A stretch of 64,000 nucleotides of DNA from Octopus sinensis. Lineage: Eukaryota. The DNA lies in the NCBI RefSeq assembly GCF_006345805.1, contig NC_043008.1:12958001-13022000 (forward strand), read 5' to 3'. Shown here piece by piece: positions 24,150-37,660 of this stretch (position 1 is the first letter of the stretch; each line of letters begins with the position of its first letter). Below the pieces are notes generated by a model, which saw only the letters and a list, made by a program, of their open reading frames with translations, did not search any database and was not told where the DNA came from. The position numbers and the translations under genes are program-made.

Positions 24150-24405
24150 TAATCCTTTTTTCTATATCAACCCTAAGGCCGTGGTCATGCTGGAGCACCG
24201 CCAATGTAATCACCTTGTAATTGGCCAATTCTATATAATTGGTTGATGGTGAAGGAGTGAACTTCGTCACTGTTGCCCTCTTTTGAGTTTCCTGCCTTGA
24301 AGAAGCTGGTTCGTCTAGGATTTTGTATAGCAAGAGGTCAAGTTTTTTCTTGAATGCATCTACCCCTACACCATGGAGATCCATAACCCCACACCATGGA
24401 GTGGA
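24150..24405 (-). mobile_element. CR1-group LINE (second family) 3' end
   Basis: DLHGVGVDAFKKKLDLLLYKILDEP...RA C-terminus, then 3' UTR GGCGGTGCTCCAGCATGACCAC. Confidence 0.75.
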
Positions 24406-24429
24406 GGTATAGATTATATATATATATAT

Positions 24430-25640
24430 ATATATATATAATACATATTTATAATGGATCTTTATAAGCGTAGATATTGTGAGCCACATGTAACAAATAC
24501 ATTGAAAGACCAAAGTTCGTAGATTAGTCACACAGGACTTTAAGAAAGACGCCCTGGGATATACACTAAGCTTTTATATCAAACCTAACAAATTGCTCCG
24601 GGGATCGAATGTTACTACTAATCCAATATGTTACGACTAATCTTCCAGTCTTCATGCATTTCCTATGTAGATTTATTGAAGGTAGCAAAATCTCACCACG
24701 TCAGACCACTACATATGCCTTCTGGATATATTTTTACACGTTCGTTTTTACCGAACCCAGAACCAATAGGGACTTAGAATCAAGCGTCAGTTATAAAAAT
24801 ATATATAAAACAGTATCGATGGGGGCAGTTGGCCATGAGCGAAGCTTCTATGGATATGCATGTCCGCGTTTACTTTTTCCATGATGTGGGCTCTGGTTGT
24901 TAACTCAAGATCTGCCCCGGCACCACAATTTCCAGTTACGGCACTGGTCGCAAAAGTATATAAGATGTCCTTCCCTCCGCCGTTAATCATTTTTAAGTAG
25001 ATAAAAATGTGGATAAAAGGGTTTTCAATTGTTACCAAACCCCTCGCTTTTCTTCTATCAGTGAATATATTGCACAGTGAGTCATCAGTCATCAGCCTTT
25101 TATAATCCTGTAGGTTGTATTTCAGGGAATTTACCTCATATACCTTACTGGATTGCGCAATCTCGTTGAAGATTCCTTTATGTTTAAAATGTATTTGCAG
25201 ATTATATGCTGATATTTTTAATTCGATTCACCTTTATTCAGATATAAGCTAGCTGCTGCTGTAGCTATCTCCCGAGAGCCCGAAGAAACCCTTGTTTGTT
25301 TACATGACAACGATTAATACCTAGGTAAGTTTGTAGTACTGTTAGATGATATCAAGTATATTGAGGAGTGAAAACGTTTGTGATCTCTGATTTTCCTTTA
25401 CGTGTAAAAGAGATAGAAATGATGTTGTTTTCAATATAGGTTGTGAATGAAGGAGATAAAATAACGGAAAAGGTTATGTGTTGGGTAGTGATGTAGGGAG
25501 TGGGTGGAAGAGAAGGCTGAGGGGAGAAATGGTTGGGAACAAGTCGTAAGTAGAACAAAGAAAAGGAAACTAAAATTAGAGTGAGGCAAAACCCGTTTGA
25601 AGCCATCGCAGTTAATTTACGTCACTTAATGCTTTGGGGA
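24430..25640 (-). mobile_element. Possible highly decayed Penelope-like remnant
   Basis: Weak GIY-YIG-like peptide (ILYTF...CGAGADLELTTRAH) and a pyrimidine-rich pLTR-like segment; poorly supported. Confidence 0.25.
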
Positions 25641-26280
25641 TATGAACATCGGTGCATCCTATTGATCTGGCTCTAGGAAGCTGACAGCTTCGGCGTAGTA
25701 CATTCAATTAGATCGTTTCTTTTGTTCGATCGTATTTCATGGAGTCGCATAAAATAACCTGATCAGAGCCAGTCACATAATAGAAAGAAAGGAAAATATT
25801 TTTTATTGTTAGAATTGTCGATTCAATACACAGTACTCTTACCCCAAATTTGCGAAATTGTGTTTATGTTAAGATTCATTACAACTAGAACTGCCATTGC
25901 GATCGATGGGAAGAAGAAATTGTTTATAGCGCTGAATAAAAGTTACCTTGAGAATTATCCGTTGCTTATTTTACGTTCTACTTCCGTGGAGGGGACTTTG
26001 ACTTCAACACTTCCTGGTACGATAAAATGAAAATTTTATTTCTCCTATCGGCCAAATTAACTGTACCCTTTCCAACATTATATTACCACGTGTCAATGTT
26101 AAGATCCTATTTATTAGAATTAATAAGGTGGCAGAATTACTAGCACGCCGGTTAAAATGCTTGGAGGTGCCGAGGTCGCTTTGATTCTTTCGGAGTGGAT
26201 AAAATATTTGGTACTTGAGTACTAGGACGATGTGATCATCTAGCCCCCACCCCACTTTAATTTCAGGCGTTGTGTCTTTT

Positions 26281-26710
26281 CAATTCTATATTTAAGAGAT
26301 GAGAAATTATGTACTTTATTTATATTATTTACATTATTTACATGAATATTTGTAATCTATTCTTTTGTTAAAACAGCGTTTCGGCTGATATATCTCCAGC
26401 CTTCCTCAGGTGTCTTGGGAAATTTCGAACTTGGATATATGGCATAGTGGTTAAGAGCGTGGGCTACTAACCCCCAGATTCCGAGTTCGATTCCAGGCAG
26501 TGACCTCAATAATAATAATAATAGTAATAGTAATAATAACAATAATAATAATAATAATTATAACAATAATGATTATAATTATAATATCGAAAGATACCAT
26601 AGGAATGATAACCCAGATTCTAAATTTCCCCAAGACATTTGATGAAGGCTGGAGGGTATAACAAAATGAGGACAAATATCCGTCAAATGTAAATAATGCA
26701 AATATTGTGT
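26281..26710. mobile_element. tRNA-(TAA)n-hammerhead element with inverted ends, locus 2
   Basis: Minus-strand arm with HHR at 26371-26414; plus-strand tRNA-like head 26440-26507 (TGGCATAGTGG A box, GAGTTCGATTCC B box); (TAA)n; plus-strand arm with a partly deleted HHR at ~26634-26660. Confidence 0.82.
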
Positions 26711-27487
26711 CTATAGTACAACGAATTACTGGAATTAACAGCAAAATAAATTGAATAATGGTATAACATCGGATTAAATGATATCCTGTATTTGTTTGAA
26801 TTTTGACGTATTGAGTTCAATTTCTTCTGATGAGTATGGATTAAACAATTAACAGTAAGTTAATGAGATCAATATTAAGATTTATTCATTCGCAACAAAC
26901 GTGTAACTTTGTGCTAATGTGAGAAATCATATCAGAATAATTCTTATGGTTATTTATTTGTTTAAGTCTGTTTGGAGTTCGGTGACAGAAGCGTTTTTGC
27001 GTTTCTAACGGTCCGATGAAGAGTTCAATTCATACGAAAATAGGGTGAGTGCTCCGTTCGTAAAATGCTTCTTTCTTTTTTTCGCTGGTATTTCTGCTAT
27101 GTACGATATCTCTGTGAGGCATAGGATATAAGTGTAACAACGAAGTGAGTACTAAATTGATTGACTACGTATGCGATCGAATGTCTATACAACCATGTAT
27201 ACATTTTCATATCCAGAAGATTACACATACACCTCTATTCTTAGACAACCACATAAATGTTGCACCACATGCACACACATACACACATATATACACACAC
27301 GTACACACAGATATACATATATATATACGTTTTATTATTATTTATTTATTTATTTATTATTTTGCACCTTACCTAATCATCGTTATATGTTTTATCGTAT
27401 ATTTAATCTTTCTATATGTAATCTTTCTAAATGGAATTATTTAATTTTTCATTATTGAATTGATAAAAGGTGTTTTTTTCTAATTTT

Positions 27488-27523
<36 letters not shown>

Positions 27524-27618
27524 ATATGATACCTATATATATATTATATTTTGTGAAATTTGATTTAGTATTTCCAAATTGAATTTTTCCCTGTAAGTTT
27601 GGAATAATATTCCCTCAT

Positions 27619-27692
<74 letters not shown>

Positions 27693-28122
27693 CACAAACC
27701 CGCACACACACACACACACACACATATGAAAACACGTGTCATAAACGAAGCAAAACAAAACAAAATTTTGTTCGAACGAATACAAAAAAAGAGAATAATT
27801 TCTTAATTTAAAATCCTCCAAAGCAATTATGTCCGGAGATAGATATAACAAGAAAAACAGTTTCAGGTTGTGAGCCCCATGAGATTATATTACGAGAAAC
27901 GTTTTATTCGAAGAACTCTAAGAAGTTTAGGTTTCAAAACGTTAACACTTAACAGACAGACCCGTCCACTAATGTCAATATCCAAGCTTTTGAAATACAT
28001 ACTTGACATTAAGGCCAGTATAGAATCTCTCAAGCAATATGTGTCTGCTAAAGCTGTCTGCACAGCACATAATGTAAAACACGGTAGGTTCTTCAAAAAC
28101 AACATTTTCAAAAATAATTCAA

Positions 28123-28163
<41 letters not shown>

Positions 28164-28225
28164 TAATAATAATAATAATAATAATAATGATAATAATAAT
28201 AATAATAACAATAATAATAGTAATA

Positions 28226-28622
28226 GGAAAAGCATCATTGTCAATAAAATCCGTGTCTCCACCCAATGCAAAAATGTGCGGGAATATTGGACGAAGGCTT
28301 GGGCAGAAGTAGTAACACACAGCTCCCTCGATTGATAGATTATCTCCTTAGTGAGCACACTTAGAATATCGAAATTGGGAGGGTGTCACGGTTGGAGAAT
28401 GTAAGATCTGCTCTCAGAAAATTGTGTGAATGGAAGTCTCCAGAATAGGATAAAATTCTTAAGTATTGGTTGAATATTTTTTCAAAAAAATGTCATGAAC
28501 TACTGACTAGACTCTACTGCGATGTTTTGCGGCAACCTAATAAAGTGTCCTCTTGGCTAGTTTATGGTATTACATTTTTACTTTTCAAAACTGAAGAAAC
28601 AAAGGAACCGAAATTCTATCGG
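28226..28622 (+). mobile_element. R4/Dong RT N-terminal fragment following (TAA)n
   Basis: WKSPE*DKILKYWL..F..CHELL...P..VSSWLVYGITFLLFK.EETKEPKFYR resembles R4-clade RT domains 0-1; directly downstream of the TAA tract at 28123-28225. Confidence 0.7.
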
Positions 28623-28639
28623 GGGTTGAACTCGTTTCA

Positions 28640-28985
28640 CTGTTTATATACAGATACACATATACGACAGGCTTCTTTCAGTTTTCCGTCGACCAAATCC
28701 CCTCACAAGCTTTTGGTCTGCTACAGTAAAAGACACTGAAGGTGCCACATGTGGGATGAACCCGGAATCAGACAACTGGGTGAGCATATGCACGGTGAAT
28801 AAACAATTTTCTTCAATTTTCGATTAGCCACACATCGCATGCATATACATCTATGTAGTAAGTAACCTTATAAATGTGCATGTGTGTGTGTCTATATATA
28901 TTATATACAAACACACACTTCTCAACACATATATGTATACTTACACACGTGGATAAGCAAGCTGTTTACTACACAGTCATGTTTT
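28640..28985 (-). mobile_element. SINE family B partial copy, interrupted by a 192-bp templated insertion
   Basis: GGCTTCTTTCAGTTTCCGTC...GAACCCGGAATC, resuming with TAAGCAAGCTGTTTACTACACAGTCA after 28960. Confidence 0.7.
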
Positions 28986-30180
28986 TCTGTTTCTTGAAAT
29001 TGTACTCCTAGCACTCAAAATATATTGATGAGCTCGGAGCTAGCTAGAGGATAGTTGTCATACTGTGAGAAAAACTCAGAACCACCACGTAAACTCAGCT
29101 TTCCGTCAAAGTTCAACAGCTTAGATAATCCCCGGAAAATACACCTTAGTTCAAATCCTTCAATCTTATTTTCCTTATGGTGCTAAAGTACGTGGAAACA
29201 TGTACTGAAATTTATTTATTCGATAATATACACAACTCACTCAAATAATTAAAACAATGTTGCTTTTGAAATCCGTATAACTGACGCAGTCACAGGATTT
29301 AGATATGGAAGATATAATATCAACATATATTAACGTCACGACGAGACTTTGCGTTTCAATCGCGAGTTAGTAAAACAAGTATATCTAATGATGTTTACTG
29401 AATCGATCACATCGCAACTTTACATAATTCTAGCAATATTTCAAAGGCATAAACTTGAATTCCTTACCAATTGCCATGTTGTGATAACTGCATACCTTTA
29501 AGCATTTACCTCGTGTCGTGACAAAAGAAATTGCCTGAATTCTATGTTAACTCCGATTAAGCAAAACTGCGATAAGATTAAAAGAAATTTAGTTAGCTCC
29601 TCTACTAAAATCGTGAAACCATGTGAAGAATATGGCAATATGTTCCAGCGGTTGTTGTTGCTACTGTTGTCAATGGTTCCGTTCGTGTGGTTGACTAAAA
29701 GAATTAAGAGATTAACAGAGACCTAAGATGTTCTCCTTAGGGAACAATATTTCATTGCAGGAATTGTATTTCGAAGACTACATTATACAGTATATAATAT
29801 GACTCACCGTCTTCAAAACGCACTAAGCAATATTTTTAGAGATGTCAATATATTTTTCGAATTATAAAACAGAATGTTGAAATATAATGTGGAATCGGAT
29901 TCTAAAAAGAAATTCTAGAATTAGATCTGAAAAGAAGGGACACAATTCCAAAGTTTTCAATCGACAACAGATTAGAGACACGTATACACAGACAACTGGG
30001 CGAGCATATGCACGGTGAATAAACAATTTTCTTCAATTTTCGATTAGCCACACATCGCATGCATATACATCTATGTAGTAAGTAAATTTATAAATATGCA
30101 TGTGTGTGTGTCTATATATATTATATACAAACACACACTTCTCAACACATATATGTATACTTACACACGTGGATAAGCAA
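28769..30180 (+). repeat. Dispersed 192-bp direct duplication (28769-28960 and 29989-30180)
   Basis: Direct comparison shows four substitutions over 192 nt. Confidence 0.95.
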
Positions 30181-30589
30181 ATAAGTGTGTATGCGTGTGT
30201 AAGTCTGAGTGTATGTATAAATATGCATAAACGCATATGTGTTCACACGTTTACATGCCTCTGTGTATATATATATATGTATCTATGCTTCTATGTATTT
30301 ACGTACACAAATCTCTGTATAAGTGATAGGAAATACGTAAAAATCTACACCACATTTGAAGAACAACCTTATTTCCTGAGGTAATATTCATCTTACAGAC
30401 AATTTCATGGGAAATAAATAAATGAATTTATATTAATGTAAAAGCAAATACATGGACAGATACATGAAAGTACGCAAACATAGCGCAAAAAACATGCACA
30501 CATTAACACACGAACACACAAATATACATACACACACAGCTAAGTATGTACGTATGCGTTGTATCTATATCTATCTAACTATCTCTTGA

Positions 30590-30676
30590 TATATATATTT
30601 ACATAGATATACCCATATACATTACACATAGACATATATAATTATTTACATATATACTCATGTAAAAACACATACG

Positions 30677-30716
<40 letters not shown>

Positions 30717-30787
30717 CATACATATATATACATATATATACATATATATATATATATACATACATATATATATATATATATACATAC

Positions 30788-30864
<77 letters not shown>

Positions 30865-31078
30865 TATATATGTGTACATAAACATACATAAACGTCAAGT
30901 GCTGTTGCTTTCATATGCCAATACGAGTGTACATGTGTAGAAATATACACTCATATTCGGGGAGACCGTGGGGATACACTTGAATTATATGTATAAATGT
31001 ATGTTGTTCTCAAACACTCCTACGTGCACACAGATGAGTGCGTGCACATATGATGATCTGTGTGTATGTGTGTCCATA

Positions 31079-31135
<57 letters not shown>

Positions 31136-31215
31136 ATGTACGTATATATATATATATATGTAATATATATATATATATGTGTGTATATATGCGCATATAT
31201 ATATAATACATATAC

Positions 31216-31258
<43 letters not shown>

Positions 31259-31323
31259 GGTATATAATTGTATTTATATATATATATTTATATATATATA
31301 TATGATTGAACATATGTGTATGC

Positions 31324-31367
<44 letters not shown>

Positions 31368-31431
31368 TTATATATATATATATATATATATATACATTTA
31401 TTTTCATATATATATATATATATACATTTAT

Positions 31432-31472
<41 letters not shown>

Positions 31473-31531
31473 GCCTAAATATACACATGCATATTTTCAT
31501 TTATATATTCATGAATACATGTTATATATAT

Positions 31532-31577
<46 letters not shown>

Positions 31578-31620
31578 ATATATATTATATATATATATGT
31601 TTATATATATATCAATATGC
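30590..31620. repeat. Long (TA)n/(TATG)n compound microsatellite
   Basis: Directly visible. Confidence 0.95.
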
Positions 31621-32013
31621 GAATGTACATAACCATTTCATCTGTGTTATTGATTTGTTCTTAGCTCTAATGGGAAAAAAGACATCGATATATTCTTTGC
31701 CCCTAAGATACGCAACGGGAAATCTGAACAGTACTTAATATGTGGAAAAGAATAACAGGATAACATGATAGAAATAACGGGAAAAAAATACCAACATAGG
31801 CATGTACAAAGGTTGTAAATAATAAGAGATACAGGAGCAAATACACTGAACATCCGGGGATGGAAGCTAATACACGCATGTTATGCGTGTATTTAAAATA
31901 ATTTATCTTCCCGTACATTTATTTCTCGAGTTCGTATTATTATTATTATGTTGTTGTTGAAGAAAATATCAAGAACATTTGTAAATTCGACAAAAGTTCA
32001 CATAGGTAATAAC

Positions 32014-32055
<42 letters not shown>

Positions 32056-32640
32056 CAGAAACATAAATGCACACGGCCATCTAGACATGTTTGTAGATAC
32101 AGATATAGATATAGGCTTAATAAAATGTAGACGTGTACTTTTGTACCAGTATTTAAGATAAATTTAGGGTGATATACAATGTCACAACTGATTAATGACG
32201 TCTATGTATAGTAGTCGGGTTATACAAATACGTGCTTTCATAACTGCGCCAAACACATTGCTTTGTGTTGCAAAAAATGGCTGCGACACACGCCCGGAGC
32301 AAGTCATTACAGGAGATGAGAGTAGGAAGATGAAACATAAATGCCCTCGCATATCCATACACTCATGCAGGCGTATGTATAGTCGATTATTTTGCCACCA
32401 GGACTCTCTTTGTATATATATATCAGGACTTCGTTACCGAACCAAAATATTAATAACCTGTCCTTCGAACTGATTACACGTGCGCTTCAGAGTAAAGTGC
32501 TAAGAGAGATCGATCAAGGAGTTCAGAAACTTCGCGGTTGCAAACATATTCCCAAAAGATTCTTGGAAATTCTAGAAAATTATCAAAAGCGTTCTTTACA
32601 TTATTTAAATTATTTACATTTTATTATTATTATTATTATT

Positions 32641-33194
32641 GAGTGAGAGAGCAGTTCATGCCATCAAAGTGACACTGGGGTAAAATATACGAAGCCCAAT
32701 ATACCCATCATGACTACCCGTCTGATAAGGGTACACCAGGCACATGCATCACAACCATATGTGCGCGACATTGTGATCTCGTATCAAGATAAACAGCACA
32801 TGACCTTGCAGGTGGGGCCCAGTTAGAATTTTCTTCAGGTCGAGTAGCCCATCCTGCTCAAAAGGTCCCTGAATAAGGGTTGCTTTAGGATGTTGAACGA
32901 AACACCCATGTTTCCAGAGGGGAATTATTCAAACTCCAAAGAATCCCTCTCAACACATGGCTATGATGCTCCCCCACTACTTCTGCTCGTGATCAGAGAT
33001 GCACGTATAGTCAGCCACTAAGGGACATGCTCAACTGGTTAAGGTCAAACAAGTGACAAGTAAATCTGTGGTATTGAGCAGAATATTTGCTGTAGCCCAT
33101 CTTTTATACCAAGACAAAACAATGTACATGATAACACTTCCAATTAGTTAAGATCAGAAGCCACGAGAGCCACTGCCTGGTACTGCATCAGGGC

Positions 33195-33198
<4 letters not shown>
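32641..33198. mobile_element. (TTA)n-associated interspersed repeat (family F), ~560 bp
   Basis: Bounded on both sides by TTA repeats; partial second copy at 15846-16052; no coding similarity recognised. Confidence 0.75.
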
Positions 33199-33238
<40 letters not shown>

Positions 33239-33370
33239 TCATTGCCTGGGATCGAAATCGGAATCTTGGGGTTAGTAGCCCGCGCTCATAACCACTAAGC
33301 CCACGGGCATATGGCGAATAGCATCGACACATACCTTAAGAATGAGAGCCCCGGTTCGAAATTTCCCCAA

Positions 33371-33416
33371 GATACCTGATGAAGGTTGGAGGGCATATCA
33401 GCCGAAAAGTTGTGTT
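33371..33416 (+). ncRNA. Minimal type-I hammerhead ribozyme motif
   Basis: GAUAC-CUGAUGA-A-GGUUG-gagggcauau-CAGCC-GAAA-AG-UU-GUGUU; stems I and II kept through G-U pairs, stem III palindrome broken by C>A. Confidence 0.7.
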
Positions 33417-35415
33417 AACAACAAACAAGATGAGGACAAATATCCGTCAAATGTAAATAATGTAAATATTGTACATAATTCCTCATCTCTTAAATATAGA
33501 ACTGTGAAAGCGTTCTTTATAAGCGATAAAACTCTAAGGCGGACGTGTTTTCAATGCTTCAAGTGTAAAATTAAATCTCTTTGCCATATGCACAAACGCA
33601 CACACTTAATTATACCCGCATATACATACACTCACACAAGCATTTATGTAGTCAATTACTTAACTCAACCTATATATATATATGTTAGGATTTCGCTACT
33701 GCACCGAGATATCAATGACTTAAACCTGATTATACATGCCCTTCAGAGGAAAGTGATAGGCGTGTACAGCAGAACGTTATGAGAATTAAGGGGAAAAGTA
33801 ATTAAGCAATCAATTTTATTAGCTCACTGCTATTTTTTACGCCATCAGATTCAGTGCACCTCTTGATGCTTCAAAATGAAGTGCATGCATACTTGGGAAA
33901 ACACTCATATATATATATATATGTATATAAAGAAGATAAGAAAATGGAGAAATACATGTAAATCAATTATCAATTACCAGATAATACTCAATCACATACT
34001 TTATTAAACCACCACATAAGAGACTGTAGGGTTAAATATAAAAAGCAGAACAAATCAGTGTACATAAATGAATGTACATAAAAAAGTGTACATAAAAGAG
34101 TAATATTGTATTTTGTTGGGGGTTGTGCGATTTCTGCGACACAGGCGCGGACCCGGTGGCGCTGCACCGGGGTTTGTGCGCCAGCGTTGCGCGGGCGCGT
34201 CTGTGCATGTGCATTAACGTGTGCACTCTCGCGCGCTGTGCTTGCGGACATTCGCGTGTACTTGTACGCGTGTTCTTGTGTGTATCTTCGTGATCGTGTG
34301 TGCGAGAGGGACGTGTGCGGGTGTGCCCGACCATGACCTCGTGTGTCCGTGCGAGGGCGTGCATGCACATGTATGTGCATGTGGGTGCATTCCGGCGTAT
34401 CCACTTATACTTACTATATTAGGTTTATCTTTGTGCCCTCCTTAATTTGTATTCCATTCTATTTATCTATTTATCTATACATGGATATATATATATATAT
34501 TCATATTTATTTATTTAATTATTTATTTTTGTATATTTGGCACTTACTAATCTATAATTAATTTAATTTATAATTAATAGACTTATTCTAAATTAATAGT
34601 AACCTCTGTAGGTGTGTGAAAATGTGTATGTGTACGTATGTATGTTTTTGTACATATAGGTACGAGTAGGATCGTGGGTGGATGTACGGATGTATGTTTT
34701 TATTACACATATGAGCACGCAGGTGCGTACTTGGATGTGTATATATGTATATGCGAATATTCATTCATGGGTGGATATAAATATAGGTTTTATTTGTACG
34801 TATGAGTGGGCAGATATATATTTAAATATATATATATATATATGTGTGTACGAAAGTTCCCTGACACAGTATAAGAAAGTGTATTAATATTTATGCGTAT
34901 ATGCGGATGTGCATGTGAGTGTGTGTGTCAGTGTTAGACACTGCTGCCTGTACTGATATGTCTATAAGCCATACGATGACAGACATGCACTCTGCAATTT
35001 ATTGAATGTGTAGAGATGTGTCGGGGTGTATTCATGTGTGTGTACATGTGTATGTGAGTTTCTGTGTGGATGTGTGGGTTTGAGGTTGGATGTGGATGTG
35101 TATGTTTTGCTTGTACGGTGTGGTGGAGGTCGGGTGGCTCTCAATTGACCAACCGTGAGGAAGATAGTGATAATTTTAAATTCAATTCCAATAGTGTATT
35201 TATGTCATCTGGAAAATTATTAACTGGAACCCGGACATACATATATACCGCTCTCGATCCTAATGTAAGCGTTATTAATAATATTATGAATGATAATAAT
35301 GATAACATTAATGGTATTGACAACGATAATGATGCTAACTTTAATGTTAAAAGTTTAACGCCAAAAGGTAACCTGCTGCTGTTTCTGACAATGACCGTCT
35401 TTCATACACCAATGC

Positions 35416-35494
<79 letters not shown>

Positions 35495-35512
35495 TATATA
35501 TATATATATATG

Positions 35513-35930
<418 letters not shown>

Positions 35931-36514
35931 ACACATATCTCTCTATTAATATGTATACATGTATGAATGCATGTATATATATATATGGAAACGTTCTTAA
36001 TAACCGACTGTTATTGGGAAACTTTCTAGGAATCACCGCAGAAATCAGAAGGATGAAAGGTAGGAAGATCCCAGCAAATTATCCTATCCGACGCTCTTAC
36101 AATTCTGGTAATCTAAGCGCCTCTGGCCAGGTTTTTGTTGTTTTCCTCGAACAGGTGGAAATCAGAATTTTCATTATCGGTACTTAAAATCGGAGCAAAA
36201 AGAAAGGGTGAAAATCCCACAAAGTATTTGGTACTGCTCTCTGACGAGTGCGCTCAGTTACGACACGTTGGTTACCTAATTGCTTAGTTGTTTTGTCTCT
36301 TAGTTACACAGGAACGCGCACACACACAAACATAAGTACGCACCACAAAAAAAAACACCATCGCGCACACACACAAACATAAGTACGCACCACAAAAAAA
36401 AACACCATCGCGCACACACACACGCACACACACACTTAAAATAACGCAAGCATATATCTATTGATCTTACGTTCTTCAGAATACGTATCCCATTCACAAT
36501 TTGACTATATAATG

Positions 36515-37660
36515 ATTTCAAATTTTGGCTGAAGAACAGAAACTTCAATGGAAGATATAAATCTTCTTATTTTATCAATCTCGAAGGGATGAAAGTGAAG
36601 TCGAAAACTGCAGGATTTGAATTCGGCCAAAATACCGCTAAGCATTTTATCTGGTGTGCTTAGGATTCTGCGAGCTCGCCGCCTCAAGTTGCCTATATGT
36701 TGATAAATAATTTTATCCACGTTAATTTACACATAGGTAAGTGAAAATTGAGAAAGTCACGTTAATCTTCGTCTCTTGTTGAGGTGAAAAATCATTCATG
36801 GCTAAAGTATATTCTTTTACTCCTTTACTTGTTTCAGTCATTTGACTGTGGGCATGCTGGGGCCAAATCGATCCCAGGACTTATTCTTTGTAAGCCTAGT
36901 ACTTATTTTATCTGTCTCAAAGGGATAAAAGGCCATGTCGGAATTTGAACTCAGAACGTAAATATAGACGAAATACCTATTTCTTTATTACCCACAAGGG
37001 GCTAAACACAGAGAGGACAAACAAGGAAAGACAAACCGATTAAGTCGATTATATTGTCCCCAGTGCGTAACTGATACTTAATTTATCGACCCCGAAATGA
37101 TGAAAGTCAAAGTCGACCTCGGCGGAATTTGAACTCAGAACGTAACGACAGACGACGAAATACTGCTAAACATTTCGCCCGGCGTGCTAACGATTCTGCC
37201 AGCTCGCCGCCTGTTCATATGGGGATATCCGCCTGTTCATATGGGGATATATAATATGAAACATAGAACTTTTGTTTCGTAGTCACGATACTGATCCCAC
37301 ATCATGGCCAAGTTTCTTTCACTATAACGCTCGACTTGACATATAACTTGTTGGCGAAGCTAGATAGATGGAAACTGTGTGAGGAGCTTATCGGGTGATA
37401 CGGCCTCTGTGTTCAATTCCAAGGTCCTTAATATCACATCATGTACATTTGTTTCAGTCCGAGAAATTAATTAAATTGTATGAGTCAGTGGAATACACAA
37501 GCATACACGCATTATTACATATAAGTTCCAAATTTAGGCACAAGGCCGATTACATTGACTCCAGTTCTCAACTGGTAATTAATTTATCGAGCCCGAAAGG
37601 ACGAAAGGCAAAAAAATCGACCAGTAGCATTTGGCGCGGTAACGATTCAGCTTGTTCGTT
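36515..37660 (-). mobile_element. Cluster of family C SINEs and a family B 3' end
   Basis: Family C at ~36515-36685, ~36920-37212 and ~37525-37660; family B tail (TTTTACT..GTTTCAGTCATTTGACTG) at ~36810-36910. Confidence 0.75.

Larger units (their letters stand above)
32596..33504. mobile_element. tRNA-(TAA)n-hammerhead element, locus 3 (opposite orientation, interrupted by family F)
   Basis: Left-arm remnant TTACATTATTTAAATTATTTACATT; (TTA)n; minus-strand tRNA-like head 33235-33301; plus-strand arm with HHR ending CTCATCTCTTAAATATAGAACTG. Confidence 0.8.

Noticed and set aside
27010-27040. CCGATGA...CGAAA hammerhead-like spacing
   Set aside because: The core is mutated and neither stem pairs.
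32160-32590. Mariner-like peptides (QVITGDES; QGVQKL)
   Set aside because: Too short and decayed to delimit; possibly a real remnant but not supportable.
36318-37252. Short tandem duplications (48 bp at ~36320-36420; 22 bp at ~37208-37250)
   Set aside because: Ordinary slippage products with no further structure.
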